Source: Acidimicrobiia bacterium (GTDB taxonomy: Bacteria; Actinomycetota; Acidimicrobiia; Spongiisociales; SHLN01). Taken from it: DNA of 64,000 nt. Position 1 is the first letter of the stretch. Each line of letters opens with the position of its first letter. Below, piece after piece: positions 1 through 9,518 of this stretch. The stretch lies in the NCBI GenBank assembly GCA_041619515.1, contig JBFKDW010000005.1:2323-66322 (forward strand), written 5' to 3'. The notes below the pieces were generated by a model. The model saw nothing but the letters and a program-made list of their open reading frames with translations. It did not search any database and had not been told where the DNA came from. The position numbers were made by a program, and so were the translations under genes.

Positions 1-877
1 CATTGTGGTGCTTGTACTTGACGCCGTCGAGCAGCTCCCCGTCGGTGATGCCGGTTGCGGCAAAGAACACATTATCCGAATTCACAAGATCCCTCATGCT
101 GAGCACCCGCTCCAGGTCGTGGCCCCCCTCGGCCGCATAGGCCCGCTCGGTGTCGTCTCGCGGCCACAGCTTGCACTGCTGTTCGCCCCCCATGCAGGTG
201 AGTGCGGCGGCCGCAATCACCGCCTCGGGCGACCCTCCGATCCCGAACAGGACATCGATGCCGCTGTCCTCCTGGGCGGTGGCGATGGCGCCGGCCACAT
301 CGCCGTCGCGGATGAGACGGATCCGGGCGCCGGCATGGCGCACGGCCTCGATGTAGGGAGCGTTGCGGGGTCGGTTGAGAATGATGGCGGTGAGCTCGGA
401 GACACTCTTGTCGAGCGCCTTCGACACCTGGGAGAGATTGTGGGCGACGGGCGCCTCCAGGTCGATCATCCCGGCCGCCGCCGGTCCCACGGCGATCTTG
501 TCCATATAGACGAGGCTCCCGGGAGCGTACATGCTGCCGCGTTCGGAGACGGCGATCACGGAGACGGCTCCCGGCATTCCCTCGGAGGTCAGGGTGGTGC
601 CGTCCACCGGGTCCACGGCTACGTCGACCGCCATGCCGCGCCCGGTCCCGACTTTCTCCCCGTTGTGGAGCATCGGGGCTTCGTCCTTCTCGCCCTCGCC
701 GATGACGATGGTGCCGTCGATGTCTATGTAGGCGAGGATCAGCCGCATGCCGTCGACGGCGGCCTGGTCTGCCGCCAGCTTGTCTCCCCGTCCTTGCCAC
801 CGGGCGGCAGCCAGCGCTGCGGTCTCGGTGACCCGGACGAGCTCCAACCCGAGGTTGCGCTCCGGCACTTCAACCAT
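1..877 (-). CDS. glpX: Class II fructose-1,6-bisphosphatase GlpX (3' end runs off the window)
   Basis: Absent from the ORF track because it has no stop in the window. Manual translation from ATG 877: MVEVPERNLGLELVRVTETAALAAARWQGRGDKLAADQAAVDGMR...VIGEGEKDEAPML...DVAVDPVDGTTL...IRLIRDGDVAGAI...GIGGSPE...FFAATGITDGELL; all GlpX signature blocks. Confidence 0.95.
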   Translation of the reverse strand, partial: MVEVPERNLGLELVRVTETAALAAARWQGRGDKLAADQAAVDGMRLILAYIDIDGTIVIGEGEKDEAPMLHNGEKVGTGRGMAVDVAVDPVDGTTLTSEGMPGAVSVIAVSERGSMYAPGSLVYMDKIAVGPAAAGMIDLEAPVAHNLSQVSKALDKSVSELTAIILNRPRNAPYIEAVRHAGARIRLIRDGDVAGAIATAQEDSGIDVLFGIGGSPEAVIAAAALTCMGGEQQCKLWPRDDTERAYAAEGGHDLERVLSMRDLVNSDNVFFAATGITDGELLDGVKYKHHN

Positions 878-941
878 GCAACACCCTGTCTGTCGACGGA
901 ACTAAACGTACCGCAGTATGTGCGCCGGTACCGCCTTTTGC

Positions 942-2228
942 CTAGAACTGCTCCTCTTCGGTGGAACCGTGCATCGCCAGCGTGGAGGCGGCCCCTCCGC
1001 TGATCACCTGAGCAACCTGGTCGAAGTAGCCGGCCCCCACCTCGCGCTGATGGCGGGTGGCGGTGTACCCATCTTGCTCCATGGCGAACTCGCGTTCTTG
1101 CAGCCGCACGTAGGCGGTCATGCCCTCGTCGGCGTAATGACGCGCCAGCTCGAACATCGAGGCGTTGAGCGAATGAAACCCGGCCAGCGTGATGAACTGG
1201 AAGGTATAGCCCATGGCACCCAGCTCCTGCTGGAACTTGGCGATGGTCCCGTCGTCGAGATGCTTCTTCCAGTTGAACGACGGCGAGCAGTTGTACGCCA
1301 GCTTCTGGTCCGGGAACTCGGCATGGATCGCGTCGGCAAACCGGGCGGCCTCGTCGAGGTCGGGATGGGAGGTCTCGCACCAGATGAGGTCGGCGTAGGG
1401 CGCATAGGCGAGTCCGCGCATGATGGCCTGATCCAGCCCGGCCCGCACCCGGTAGAAGCCGTCCAGGGTCCGCTCTCCGGTCGTGAACTCTTGATCACGG
1501 GGGTCGATGTCGCTGGTGAGCAGCTCGGCGCCGTTGGCGTCTGTGCGTGCCACGACCAGCGTCGGGACACCGAGGACGTCGGCCGCCAGCCGGGCGGAAA
1601 TGAGGTTGCGGACGTGCTGGGAGGTCGGCACAAGCACCTTTCCACCCATATGCCCGCACTTCTTCTCGGCCGCCAGCTGATCCTCGAGGTGAACACCCGC
1701 CGCCCCGGCCTTGATGAACGACTTCATGAGCTCGAACACGTTGAGGGGGCCTCCGAACCCGGCTTCGGCGTCCGCCACGATCGGGACCATCCAGTCGGTC
1801 CCGTCTCTTCCCTCCGACCAGTCGATCTGGTCGGCGCGCCGGAGGGCGTTGTTGATCCTGCGCACCAGGGCCGGGCCGCTGTTGACCGGGTAGAGGCTCT
1901 GATCCGGGTACACCTCTTCGGCCAGGTTGGCGTCGCCGGCGACCTGCCACCCGCTCAGGTATATGGCCCGCAACCCGGCTTTGACCATCTGCACCGCCTG
2001 GTTGCCAGACAGGGCACCGAGGGCGTTGACGTAGCTCATGTCGTGGGTGATGTCCCACAGCTTCTCGGCCGCCCGGGTGGCGAGCGTGTGCTCCTCGCGC
2101 AGTGATCCCCGCAGTCGGATGACTTCCTCGGCGAAATAGGGCCGCTCGACTCCCACCCACCGTGCGTCGGTGGCCCATTGTTCGGTGAGCAGCCGGGCTT
2201 CGGCTTCCATCCGCTTGGCAACCGTCAT
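942..2228 (-). CDS. aceA: Isocitrate lyase
   Basis: Catalytic [49 protein letters not shown]; SD AAGGAG upstream. Confidence 0.98.
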   Translation of the reverse strand: MTVAKRMEAEARLLTEQWATDARWVGVERPYFAEEVIRLRGSLREEHTLATRAAEKLWDITHDMSYVNALGALSGNQAVQMVKAGLRAIYLSGWQVAGDANLAEEVYPDQSLYPVNSGPALVRRINNALRRADQIDWSEGRDGTDWMVPIVADAEAGFGGPLNVFELMKSFIKAGAAGVHLEDQLAAEKKCGHMGGKVLVPTSQHVRNLISARLAADVLGVPTLVVARTDANGAELLTSDIDPRDQEFTTGERTLDGFYRVRAGLDQAIMRGLAYAPYADLIWCETSHPDLDEAARFADAIHAEFPDQKLAYNCSPSFNWKKHLDDGTIAKFQQELGAMGYTFQFITLAGFHSLNASMFELARHYADEGMTAYVRLQEREFAMEQDGYTATRHQREVGAGYFDQVAQVISGGAASTLAMHGSTEEEQF

Positions 2229-2265
2229 AGCGTTCTCCTTCTGTTGTGTGCTTGTTTGCTGAGAT

Positions 2266-3876
2266 TCACGACGCCGATTCCAGGACTGCGTACGCCGGGA
2301 TTGTGAGGAACTCCTCGAATTCTTCGGCCAGCGCCACCTGCTCGAAGAGGAGCCGGGCCTCCTGCCACCGTCCGTTCCGGAACACCTCGTCGCCTAGTTC
2401 GTCGCGGATCGAAGCCAGCTCTTCGTCGGTGATGGTTCGAACGAGCTCGCGGGTCACGGCGCGTCCATCGGCGAGGGTCGCCCCATGGTGGACCCACTGC
2501 CACAACTGGGAACGGGAGATCTCGGCGGTGGCCGCATCCTCCATGAGGTTGAAGATGGCGACGGCACCGTTGCCACCCAGCCAGGCTTCCAGATACCGTA
2601 TCCCGACGTTGACGTTCGTGCGCACGCCCGCTTCGGTGACCGCGCCTCCCTCCACGGAGGTGTTCAGCAGGTCGGCGGCTTCGACCGGGATGTCGTCGTG
2701 CTCGATGCCGATCTGATGGGGGCGATCGCCCAGCTTGGCCGTGAACACCTCCATTGCCACCGGGACGAGGTCGGGGTGGGCAACCCAGGTCCCGTCGTGC
2801 CCGTTGAATGCCTCCAGCTCCTTGTCGTCCCACACCTTCGAGAGCGCCCGTTCGTTCACCTCCGGGTCGCGGCGGCTGGGGATGAACGCCGCCATGCCTC
2901 CCATGGCGTGCGCGCCACGGCGATGGCAGGTGCGGATCAGCAAACGGGTGTACGAACGCATGAAATGGACGTTCATGGTCACGAGCGCCCGGTCGGGGAG
3001 CAGGAACTGGCGATGATTGCGCAGCTTCTTGATGACCGAGAAGATGTAATCCCAGCGGCCGGCGTTCAAGCCCGCCGAGTGCGCCTTGAGCTCATTGAGG
3101 ATCTCGTCCATCTCGAACGCCGCCAGGATGGTCTCGATGAGCACGGTCGCCTTGATGCTTCCGATCGGGATGCCGAGCGCCTCCTGGGCAGCGAGGAACA
3201 CGTCGTTCCACAGGCGGGCCTCGAGGTGGCTCTCCAGCTTGGGAAGATAGAAGTAGGGGCCGGAACCGTGATCGAGGAGGTAGCGAGCGTTGTGGAAGAA
3301 ATACAGCCCGAAGTCGAACAGGCTCGCAGAGATGGGCTCGCCGTCGACGGTGACGTGCCGCTCGAGCAGATGCCAGCCGCGCGGCCGAACCATGAGGGTT
3401 GCCGGCTGGTCACCGAGCTCGTAGACCTTGCCGTCTTGTTCCAGGCGGATGGTCCGGCGCACTGCGTCGGTGAGGTTCACCTGCCCGTCGATGACGTTGC
3501 TCCAGGTGGGGGAGTTGGCGTCCTCGAAGTCCGCCATGAACACGTTGGCACCCGAGTTGAGTGCGTTGATGATCATCTTGCGGTCGACCGGGCCGGTGAT
3601 TTCCACCCGGCGATCGGTGAGGTCGGCGGGGATCGGCCCGATATGCCAGGTGCCACTGCGGACCCCCTTGGTCTCGGGGAGAAAATCGGGGAACTCGCCG
3701 GCATCGAGGCGTTCCTGGCGGGCGGATCGGTCTGCCAGCAGGGAGACACGCACCGGGTTGAACCGTCGATGGAGGTCACCGACGAACTCGAGCGCCTCGG
3801 CGGTCAGGATCTCTTGGTGGCGATGCCCGCCGGGACCGTGGATGTCGATCATGCTGCTGTGCTCCCTCGTGGACAT
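2266..3876 (-). CDS. aceB: Malate synthase A
   Basis: [82 protein letters not shown]. Start ATG 3876 chosen; ORF track extends to 3891. Confidence 0.97.
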   Translation of the reverse strand: MSTREHSSMIDIHGPGGHRHQEILTAEALEFVGDLHRRFNPVRVSLLADRSARQERLDAGEFPDFLPETKGVRSGTWHIGPIPADLTDRRVEITGPVDRKMIINALNSGANVFMADFEDANSPTWSNVIDGQVNLTDAVRRTIRLEQDGKVYELGDQPATLMVRPRGWHLLERHVTVDGEPISASLFDFGLYFFHNARYLLDHGSGPYFYLPKLESHLEARLWNDVFLAAQEALGIPIGSIKATVLIETILAAFEMDEILNELKAHSAGLNAGRWDYIFSVIKKLRNHRQFLLPDRALVTMNVHFMRSYTRLLIRTCHRRGAHAMGGMAAFIPSRRDPEVNERALSKVWDDKELEAFNGHDGTWVAHPDLVPVAMEVFTAKLGDRPHQIGIEHDDIPVEAADLLNTSVEGGAVTEAGVRTNVNVGIRYLEAWLGGNGAVAIFNLMEDAATAEISRSQLWQWVHHGATLADGRAVTRELVRTITDEELASIRDELGDEVFRNGRWQEARLLFEQVALAEEFEEFLTIPAYAVLESAS

Positions 3877-3910
3877 CACTTTCTTATACATTTGTGGGTC
3901 GCACCAAGCC

Positions 3911-3938
3911 TAGCTCAGGGTAAGATGAGCTATTCTTA
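3911..3938. promoter_or_regulatory. Overlapping inverted repeats in the aceB / regulator divergent intergenic region; candidate operator
   Basis: TAGCTCA-N8-TGAGCTA (3911-3932) and near-palindrome TAAGAtgAGCTatTCTTA (3921-3938). Confidence 0.5.
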
Positions 3939-3965
3939 TCTCGATTGATCGGAGCAGCCGAAGTT

Positions 3966-5396
3966 ATGATCGATTTGCTGACGTTCGGTCACCGGCTTCG
4001 ACATTACCGCCGACTGCGCGGCCTCACGCTCGATGGCCTGGGGGCGTTGGTGGGCAAGCCTGCCCCCTATCTGTCGAATCTCGAGAACGGGCGCCGGGAG
4101 CCGAAACTCGGCCTCGTGCAGGCGCTGGCCGCTGCCTTGGAGGTGACACCCGCCGACCTGTTGGACGAGACACCGCCCTCGCGTCGGGCGGAGCTGGAAA
4201 TCGATTTGGAGCGAGCGCAGTCAGATCCCCTGTACGCGGAGCTCGGCCTTCCGCACCTCAAGCCGAGTGCCCGGCTCTCGGATACGGCCCTCGAGCACAT
4301 CACGCGGCTGTATACCGAGCTCAAGGAGCGGTCCTACGTTCAGGCTGCATCTCCCCAGGAGGCCTTGGCCGCCAACGCCGCCTTGCGGGAACGGCTGCTG
4401 CAGCACGATCTCTATCTGGCCGATGTCGAGCAGGTGGCCTCCGACGCCCTCGATGCGGTCGGCTTCGACGGCCCCGGTGCCATGCCCCAGACGGCCCTCA
4501 ACGACCTCGTCGCCCATTTCGGTTTCGAGGTGCGCCAGGTGGCCGACCTCCCGATGTCGGTGCGCTCGCTGGCGGACCTTCGCAACCATCGTATCCTCAT
4601 CCGGGGTCGGGACGAGATGCGCACCCGCCGGGCACGCACCGTCGTTCTCCAAACCCTCGGTCACTTCGTCCTCGGGCACGGCGCTCCCGCCAGCTACACG
4701 GAGTTCCTCCGGCAGCGGATGGAGGCCAACTACTTCGCAGCCGCCGTGCTGGCTCCCGAGCGCACGCTCGCGCCCTACCTGCGCGAGGCAAAGGAGGGGC
4801 GCCGGCTCTCCGTCGAGGATGTCAAGGAGCTCTTCTACATCAATTACCGCCTGGCTGCGCAGCGCTTCACCAACCTGGCCACCCACCACCTTGGCCTCCG
4901 TACCCACTTCGTCCGCTCCGACGAGCTCGGGGTGATCTGGAAGGCATACGGCAACTCGGGAGTCCCGTTTCCCACCGCCCCGGACGGCTCGATCGAGGGC
5001 CAGCGGCTGTGCCGACAGTGGGGTACCAGGGTGGCGTTTCATTCGGACGACAAGTTCGGCATCCACTACCAATACACCGACACGCCCGCCGGAACCTTTT
5101 GGTGCGCCACCCACCTGGAGGTCGACCGTGATCCACCGCACGCCATCACCGTCGGATGCACGTTCGAGGATGCCAGGTTCTTCAGGGGCTCGGACACCGA
5201 GCGTCACAGCACGAGCAACTGCCCGGACGGGGAATGCTGTCGCCGCCCCCCGGGCGACCTTGCGGAACAATGGGCGGGCAAGTCCTGGCCGTCGGCCCGG
5301 GCGGCCGCCCTCAACCCACTGGGACTGCCCTCCGGCAATCTGCCGGGTGTCGACCTAACTGAGATCTACGAGTTTCTCGCCGCTCACGAGGACTAG
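3966..5396 (+). CDS. XRE-family HTH regulator with IrrE/M78-like and C-terminal sensory domains (RamB/PrpR/ScfR-like)
   Basis: N-terminal HTH (GHRLRHYRRLRGLTLDGLGALVG...YLSNLENGRREP), EANYFAAAVLAP, Cys-rich C-terminus; divergent from aceBA as RamB-type regulators are. ATG 3966 preferred over 3945. Confidence 0.85.
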   Translation: MIDLLTFGHRLRHYRRLRGLTLDGLGALVGKPAPYLSNLENGRREPKLGLVQALAAALEVTPADLLDETPPSRRAELEIDLERAQSDPLYAELGLPHLKPSARLSDTALEHITRLYTELKERSYVQAASPQEALAANAALRERLLQHDLYLADVEQVASDALDAVGFDGPGAMPQTALNDLVAHFGFEVRQVADLPMSVRSLADLRNHRILIRGRDEMRTRRARTVVLQTLGHFVLGHGAPASYTEFLRQRMEANYFAAAVLAPERTLAPYLREAKEGRRLSVEDVKELFYINYRLAAQRFTNLATHHLGLRTHFVRSDELGVIWKAYGNSGVPFPTAPDGSIEGQRLCRQWGTRVAFHSDDKFGIHYQYTDTPAGTFWCATHLEVDRDPPHAITVGCTFEDARFFRGSDTERHSTSNCPDGECCRRPPGDLAEQWAGKSWPSARAAALNPLGLPSGNLPGVDLTEIYEFLAAHED

Positions 5397-5470
5397 CCGG
5401 CGCCGGCCGGACGCCGAGTACGATCAGCCCCTCTCCGAGCATCGAGAACATCATTTCCCGCTTCACGCCC

Positions 5471-7501
5471 ATGCGCCTCGCCGACCTCACACGCGGATCT
5501 TTCGACCGTGCCGGTGCCGCCGCCTTCATCACGCTGGCGGCCGTCGTGGGCGTGCTGGTCGGGTTGAGCAGTGCGCTGCTGATCTGGGCCGTAGATCTGG
5601 TCGAAAGCGGCGCCGAGAGGCTGGGAGACGCATTGTCGCTTGGCCGCGCCGTCGGCCTCATCAGCGTCCCCGCCGGTTTGGTGCTGGGGTTCGTCATCGC
5701 CAGACGTTTCGCCCCGGAAGCCGAAGGAGATGGGGTTCCGGCCGCGATGGCGGCTCTCGTGGTGCGCGGGGGCCGCCTGCGGCTGCGATCGTGGATCACC
5801 AAGATTGCCGCAACGGCCGCCACCCTGGGGGGCGGCGGCTCGGCTGGACGCGAGGGACCCGTGGTCCAGATCGGCGCTACGGTCGGCTCGGTGGCGGCTC
5901 GCTACGCCAAGCAAGGCGAGGACAAGATGCGGAGCCTGGTGGCCGCCGGCGCCGGGGCAGGGATCGGAGCCAGCTTCAACGCTCCCATCGCCGGGATGCT
6001 GTTCGCCATGGAGGTGATACTCGGCAATTTCGGCCTCCGTCACCTCAACGTGGTCGTGATTGCCTCGGTGTCCGCTTCCGTTACCAGCCGCTTGCTGGTG
6101 GGGGAGGAGAGCCTTCTGCAGGCGGCCTCGTTCAACCTCGAGGATCCCCGTGAGCTGCTGCTCTACGCACTGCTGGGAGTCGGGGCCGCCTTCGCCTCCT
6201 ACCTGTTGCTGCGCCTGCTCTCGCTCACCGAGAGCGTGAAACTGCCGGGCCCGGCATGGATGCGGCCGATCGTCTTCGGTCTGGGGATCGGCGGCCTCGG
6301 GCTCATCTATCCCGAAGCACTCGGTACCGGTCAGCGGTTTATCGAGGACCTGCTGAGCGGGGTGGGCGAGCCGGCCAGCTACCTGTGGTACACGCTCCTG
6401 GCGATTGCCGGGATGAAGATCCTCACCACCGGGCTTACTCTCGGGGCCCGCGCCTCCGGCGGGGCGTTCATGCCCAGCCTGTTCATCGGCGCCGCCCTCG
6501 GGGCGGGACTGGCCCACATCTTCGACAACGCCTGGACGGTCAGCACCATCGAACCGAGCGCGTTTGCCATCGTGGGCATGGCCGCGACGTTCGCGGCGGT
6601 GGCGCGGGCGCCGCTCACTTCGATCATCATCGTGTTCGAGATCACCGGTGACTACGGCCTCGTGCTTCCGCTCATGCTGGCCGGGACGCTCGCCACATTC
6701 ATCGCCGATCGCCTCCACCCGCTGAGCGCCTACACGATGCCGCTCGCCCGGGCCGGGATCAAGCTGACCCGCCGGGGCGAGGTGGATCTGCTCGACACGG
6801 TGCCGGTGGGCAACGTCATGACCCGCAACCTGACCAGTGTCGCCCCCGACCAGTCGCTTGCCGAGGTTCATGCCATCCTCGACCGGGAACGCCATCACGG
6901 GCTCCCGGTGGTCGAGGACGACAAGCTGGTTGGCATCATCACGCTGAGCGACATCCAGCGAGCGGCCGACGGCGCCGCCACCGTCGGGGAGGCGATGACG
7001 CGCCGCCCGGCGACCGTCACCGCCTCGGCGCCGGTCTCTCTGGCCATCGAGCGCATGGCGGCGCTCGGAGTGGGGCGGCTGCCGGTGGTCGACGACGACG
7101 ACCCCACCCGCCTGGTCGGTGTCTTCCGCAGGGTGGGAGCCGTCAATGCCTATCACGAGGCGCTCAGTGCCTCCACCGAGCACGAGCTGAGCCTCGAACG
7201 CCTGCGCCTCCGCACCGATCCCGGCGCCCGGTTCTTCGATTTCCGTATCCCGCGTGAATCGATGGCCGACGGACGGCTCGTCAAGGAGACGTCGTGGCCG
7301 GAGGGGTTGACGCTGGTATCGGTCCAGCGAGGCCGGGCGGTGATGGTCCCGACCGGGAACCTGCAACTGGTGGAGGGCGACGTCGTGACCGCCTTCGGCA
7401 CGGCCGCGGCCCGGGAGCGCACTATCGAACGGCTCGACGCCAGCAGCCATGGTGACACCGCCGAGATACCCGAGGTCTCGACCGGCCCAGAGGAGTCGTA
7501 G
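5471..7501 (+). CDS. CLC-family chloride channel/transporter with tandem CBS domains and C-terminal TrkA-C (RCK_C) domain
   Basis: GREGP, FNAPIAG, GAFMPSLFIGA, FEITGDY; CBS repeats (VGNVMTR..., HGLPVVEDDKLVGIITLSD); C-terminal LVEGDVVTAFG. Confidence 0.92.
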   Translation: MRLADLTRGSFDRAGAAAFITLAAVVGVLVGLSSALLIWAVDLVESGAERLGDALSLGRAVGLISVPAGLVLGFVIARRFAPEAEGDGVPAAMAALVVRGGRLRLRSWITKIAATAATLGGGGSAGREGPVVQIGATVGSVAARYAKQGEDKMRSLVAAGAGAGIGASFNAPIAGMLFAMEVILGNFGLRHLNVVVIASVSASVTSRLLVGEESLLQAASFNLEDPRELLLYALLGVGAAFASYLLLRLLSLTESVKLPGPAWMRPIVFGLGIGGLGLIYPEALGTGQRFIEDLLSGVGEPASYLWYTLLAIAGMKILTTGLTLGARASGGAFMPSLFIGAALGAGLAHIFDNAWTVSTIEPSAFAIVGMAATFAAVARAPLTSIIIVFEITGDYGLVLPLMLAGTLATFIADRLHPLSAYTMPLARAGIKLTRRGEVDLLDTVPVGNVMTRNLTSVAPDQSLAEVHAILDRERHHGLPVVEDDKLVGIITLSDIQRAADGAATVGEAMTRRPATVTASAPVSLAIERMAALGVGRLPVVDDDDPTRLVGVFRRVGAVNAYHEALSASTEHELSLERLRLRTDPGARFFDFRIPRESMADGRLVKETSWPEGLTLVSVQRGRAVMVPTGNLQLVEGDVVTAFGTAAARERTIERLDASSHGDTAEIPEVSTGPEES

Positions 7502-7544
7502 GGGAGAGGCCGCCCGCCGCGGTAGCTTCGGAGCGAGGTTCACG

Positions 7545-8345
7545 GTGTACGAGTTCGATGAAGCGGTGGCTCTGGACGGGCCCGATGCGGGCCCATGGAG
7601 CGCCTCGATCCCCGATGGCTGGGATTTCGCCGGGATCCCCAACGGTGGCCTGCTCATGGCTGTGCTGGCATCGGCCCTCGGGCCGATGACCGGACATCCG
7701 GATCCCGTCACCGTCACCGCCCATTACACGGCCCCCGCAGTGCCGGGGGCAGCCGCCATCGAGGGCGAGCTGCTCCGCTCGGGTCGGCGGCTGGGAACCG
7801 CCGGCGGGCGGCTCATTCAGAATGGCAAGGTCGTCGCCCATGCGCTCGGGACCTTCGGCGACCTGGCGACCCGGCCGGACGGGCTCGTGTACGAGACCGG
7901 TCTTCCCGTCCTCCCGCCGGTGGAGAAGTGCTTGGCAGGAACGAGCACAGATAGCTTCGTGCTGCCTCGCATCTTCGACCGGGTCGAGATGCGCTTCCAT
8001 CCCGACCATGTGGGGTTTGCCACGGGTGAGAGGGACGGCCGGGCCGAGATCGCCGGTTGGATGCGGTTCCGCGACGGGCGCCCGCCCGACCCGCTCGCCA
8101 TGCTCCTGTTCACCGACGCCCACCCGCCCTCTGTGTTCAACGCGCCTGAGGTGTCGGTGGGATGGGTGCCGACCATCGAGCTGACCGTGCACATCCACAA
8201 GCACCCCCACCCCGGATGGATCGGCGGCTGGTTCTCAACCCAACACGTGAGCGGAGGCTTTCTCGAGGAGGACGGCGTCCTCTGGGACGAACTCGGCGAC
8301 CTCGTCGCGGTGGCTCGCCAGATTGCGATGGTTCCGCGCCCATAG
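7545..8345 (+). CDS. Acyl-CoA thioesterase family protein (double hotdog, TesB-like)
   Basis: FDEAVAL...IPDGWDFAGIPNGGLL, DAHPPSVF, GWVPTIELTVH, GGFLEEDGVLWDELGDLVAVARQ. GTG 7545 chosen. Confidence 0.85.
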   Translation: MYEFDEAVALDGPDAGPWSASIPDGWDFAGIPNGGLLMAVLASALGPMTGHPDPVTVTAHYTAPAVPGAAAIEGELLRSGRRLGTAGGRLIQNGKVVAHALGTFGDLATRPDGLVYETGLPVLPPVEKCLAGTSTDSFVLPRIFDRVEMRFHPDHVGFATGERDGRAEIAGWMRFRDGRPPDPLAMLLFTDAHPPSVFNAPEVSVGWVPTIELTVHIHKHPHPGWIGGWFSTQHVSGGFLEEDGVLWDELGDLVAVARQIAMVPRP

Positions 8346-8487
8346 CGGCTCGCGAGCTCATCTGCCCGCCCCACCGGCACGGCGGGATCCAACGAAGCCG
8401 GACGCACGCACGTCGTCCGACGCCGCCGGGCGGTCGGCGGGCAGGCACGGCTAGCGTTTCAGGTCCACCTACGCGAGCCCTCCAATC

Positions 8488-9171
8488 ATGCCTCCTCGTA
8501 CCGGACTACTCGATGGGATGCGATCCGTCGCTCCTCTGCTGGTGGGCGTGGCGCCCTTCGGGCTGATCTTCGGCGTGACCGCCGCCGCCAGCCCGGTGGG
8601 TGGAGGGCTCGGGTACGCCACCTCGCTCATCATCTTTGCGGGAGCGGCACAACTGGCGACCGTGCAACTCATCACGGCCGGCTCGGCGGCCGCCGTCGTG
8701 ATCGCCACGGCCCTCGTCATCAACGCCCGGCATCTCATGTACAGCGCCGCCCTCGCACCGCACTTCCGGGAGTTCCCGGCCCGCTGGCGATTCGCTCTCC
8801 CGTACATCCTCACCGATCAGGCGTTCGTCGTGGCCATCACCCGCTACGACGCTGAGCGCGATCCCGCCTACCGGCGCTGGTTCTTCTTCGGCGGTGCGAT
8901 CGCGCTCTGGCTCACATGGCAGCTGACCACCGGGGCCGGGGTGCTGCTCGGAGCGTCGGTGCCTGCATCGTGGTCGCTCGACTTTGCCATCCCGCTGGTG
9001 TTCCTGGCCCTCCTGGTCCCGGCGCTGAGGAACCGGCCGAGCGTGGCCGCTGCCGCCGTGGGTGGGCTGGTGGCCCTAGCCGCCAACGATGTTGCGTACA
9101 GCCTGGGGCTCATCATCGGCGCGGTGAGCGGCATCACCGCCGGTGTCCTGGCAGAGCGGCTGAAACGATGA
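8488..9171 (+). CDS. azlC: AzlC-family branched-chain amino acid exporter, large subunit
   Basis: GVAPFGLIFG, IFAGAAQLA, INARHLMYSA, LTDQAF, LDFAIPLVF. Confidence 0.93.
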   Translation: MPPRTGLLDGMRSVAPLLVGVAPFGLIFGVTAAASPVGGGLGYATSLIIFAGAAQLATVQLITAGSAAAVVIATALVINARHLMYSAALAPHFREFPARWRFALPYILTDQAFVVAITRYDAERDPAYRRWFFFGGAIALWLTWQLTTGAGVLLGASVPASWSLDFAIPLVFLALLVPALRNRPSVAAAAVGGLVALAANDVAYSLGLIIGAVSGITAGVLAERLKR

Positions 9172-9485
9172 GCAATTGGCTGGTCGTGGTAGTCATCGGG
9201 GTCGGGACCTACGCGCTTCGGCTGTCCTTCATCGGCATCCTCGGCACCCGCCCGCTCCCGGTCTGGGCCGAGCGTCCGCTCCGCTACGTCGCACCGGCCG
9301 TGCTGGCAGCGCTGGTGCTCCCGGCCGTCGTTCTGGCAGAGGGGGCGGCAGACGTGACACCGGCGGGCAATCCGCGTTTCCTGGCAGCCGTGGTGGCCGG
9401 ACTCGTCGCCTGGCGGCGCAGCAGCGTAGCCGGTGTGATCATGGTGGGCATGGGCCTGCTCTGGATCCTCCAGGCAGTGAGCTGA
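9168..9485 (+). CDS. azlD: AzlD-family exporter, small subunit
   Basis: ATGA overlap with azlC stop; MSNWLVVVVIGVGTYALRLSFI...LRYVAPAVLAALVLP. Confidence 0.88.
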   Translation: MSNWLVVVVIGVGTYALRLSFIGILGTRPLPVWAERPLRYVAPAVLAALVLPAVVLAEGAADVTPAGNPRFLAAVVAGLVAWRRSSVAGVIMVGMGLLWILQAVS

Positions 9486-9518
9486 CCATGTGAACAGCCG
9501 AAGGGCCGACCCGCCGTC

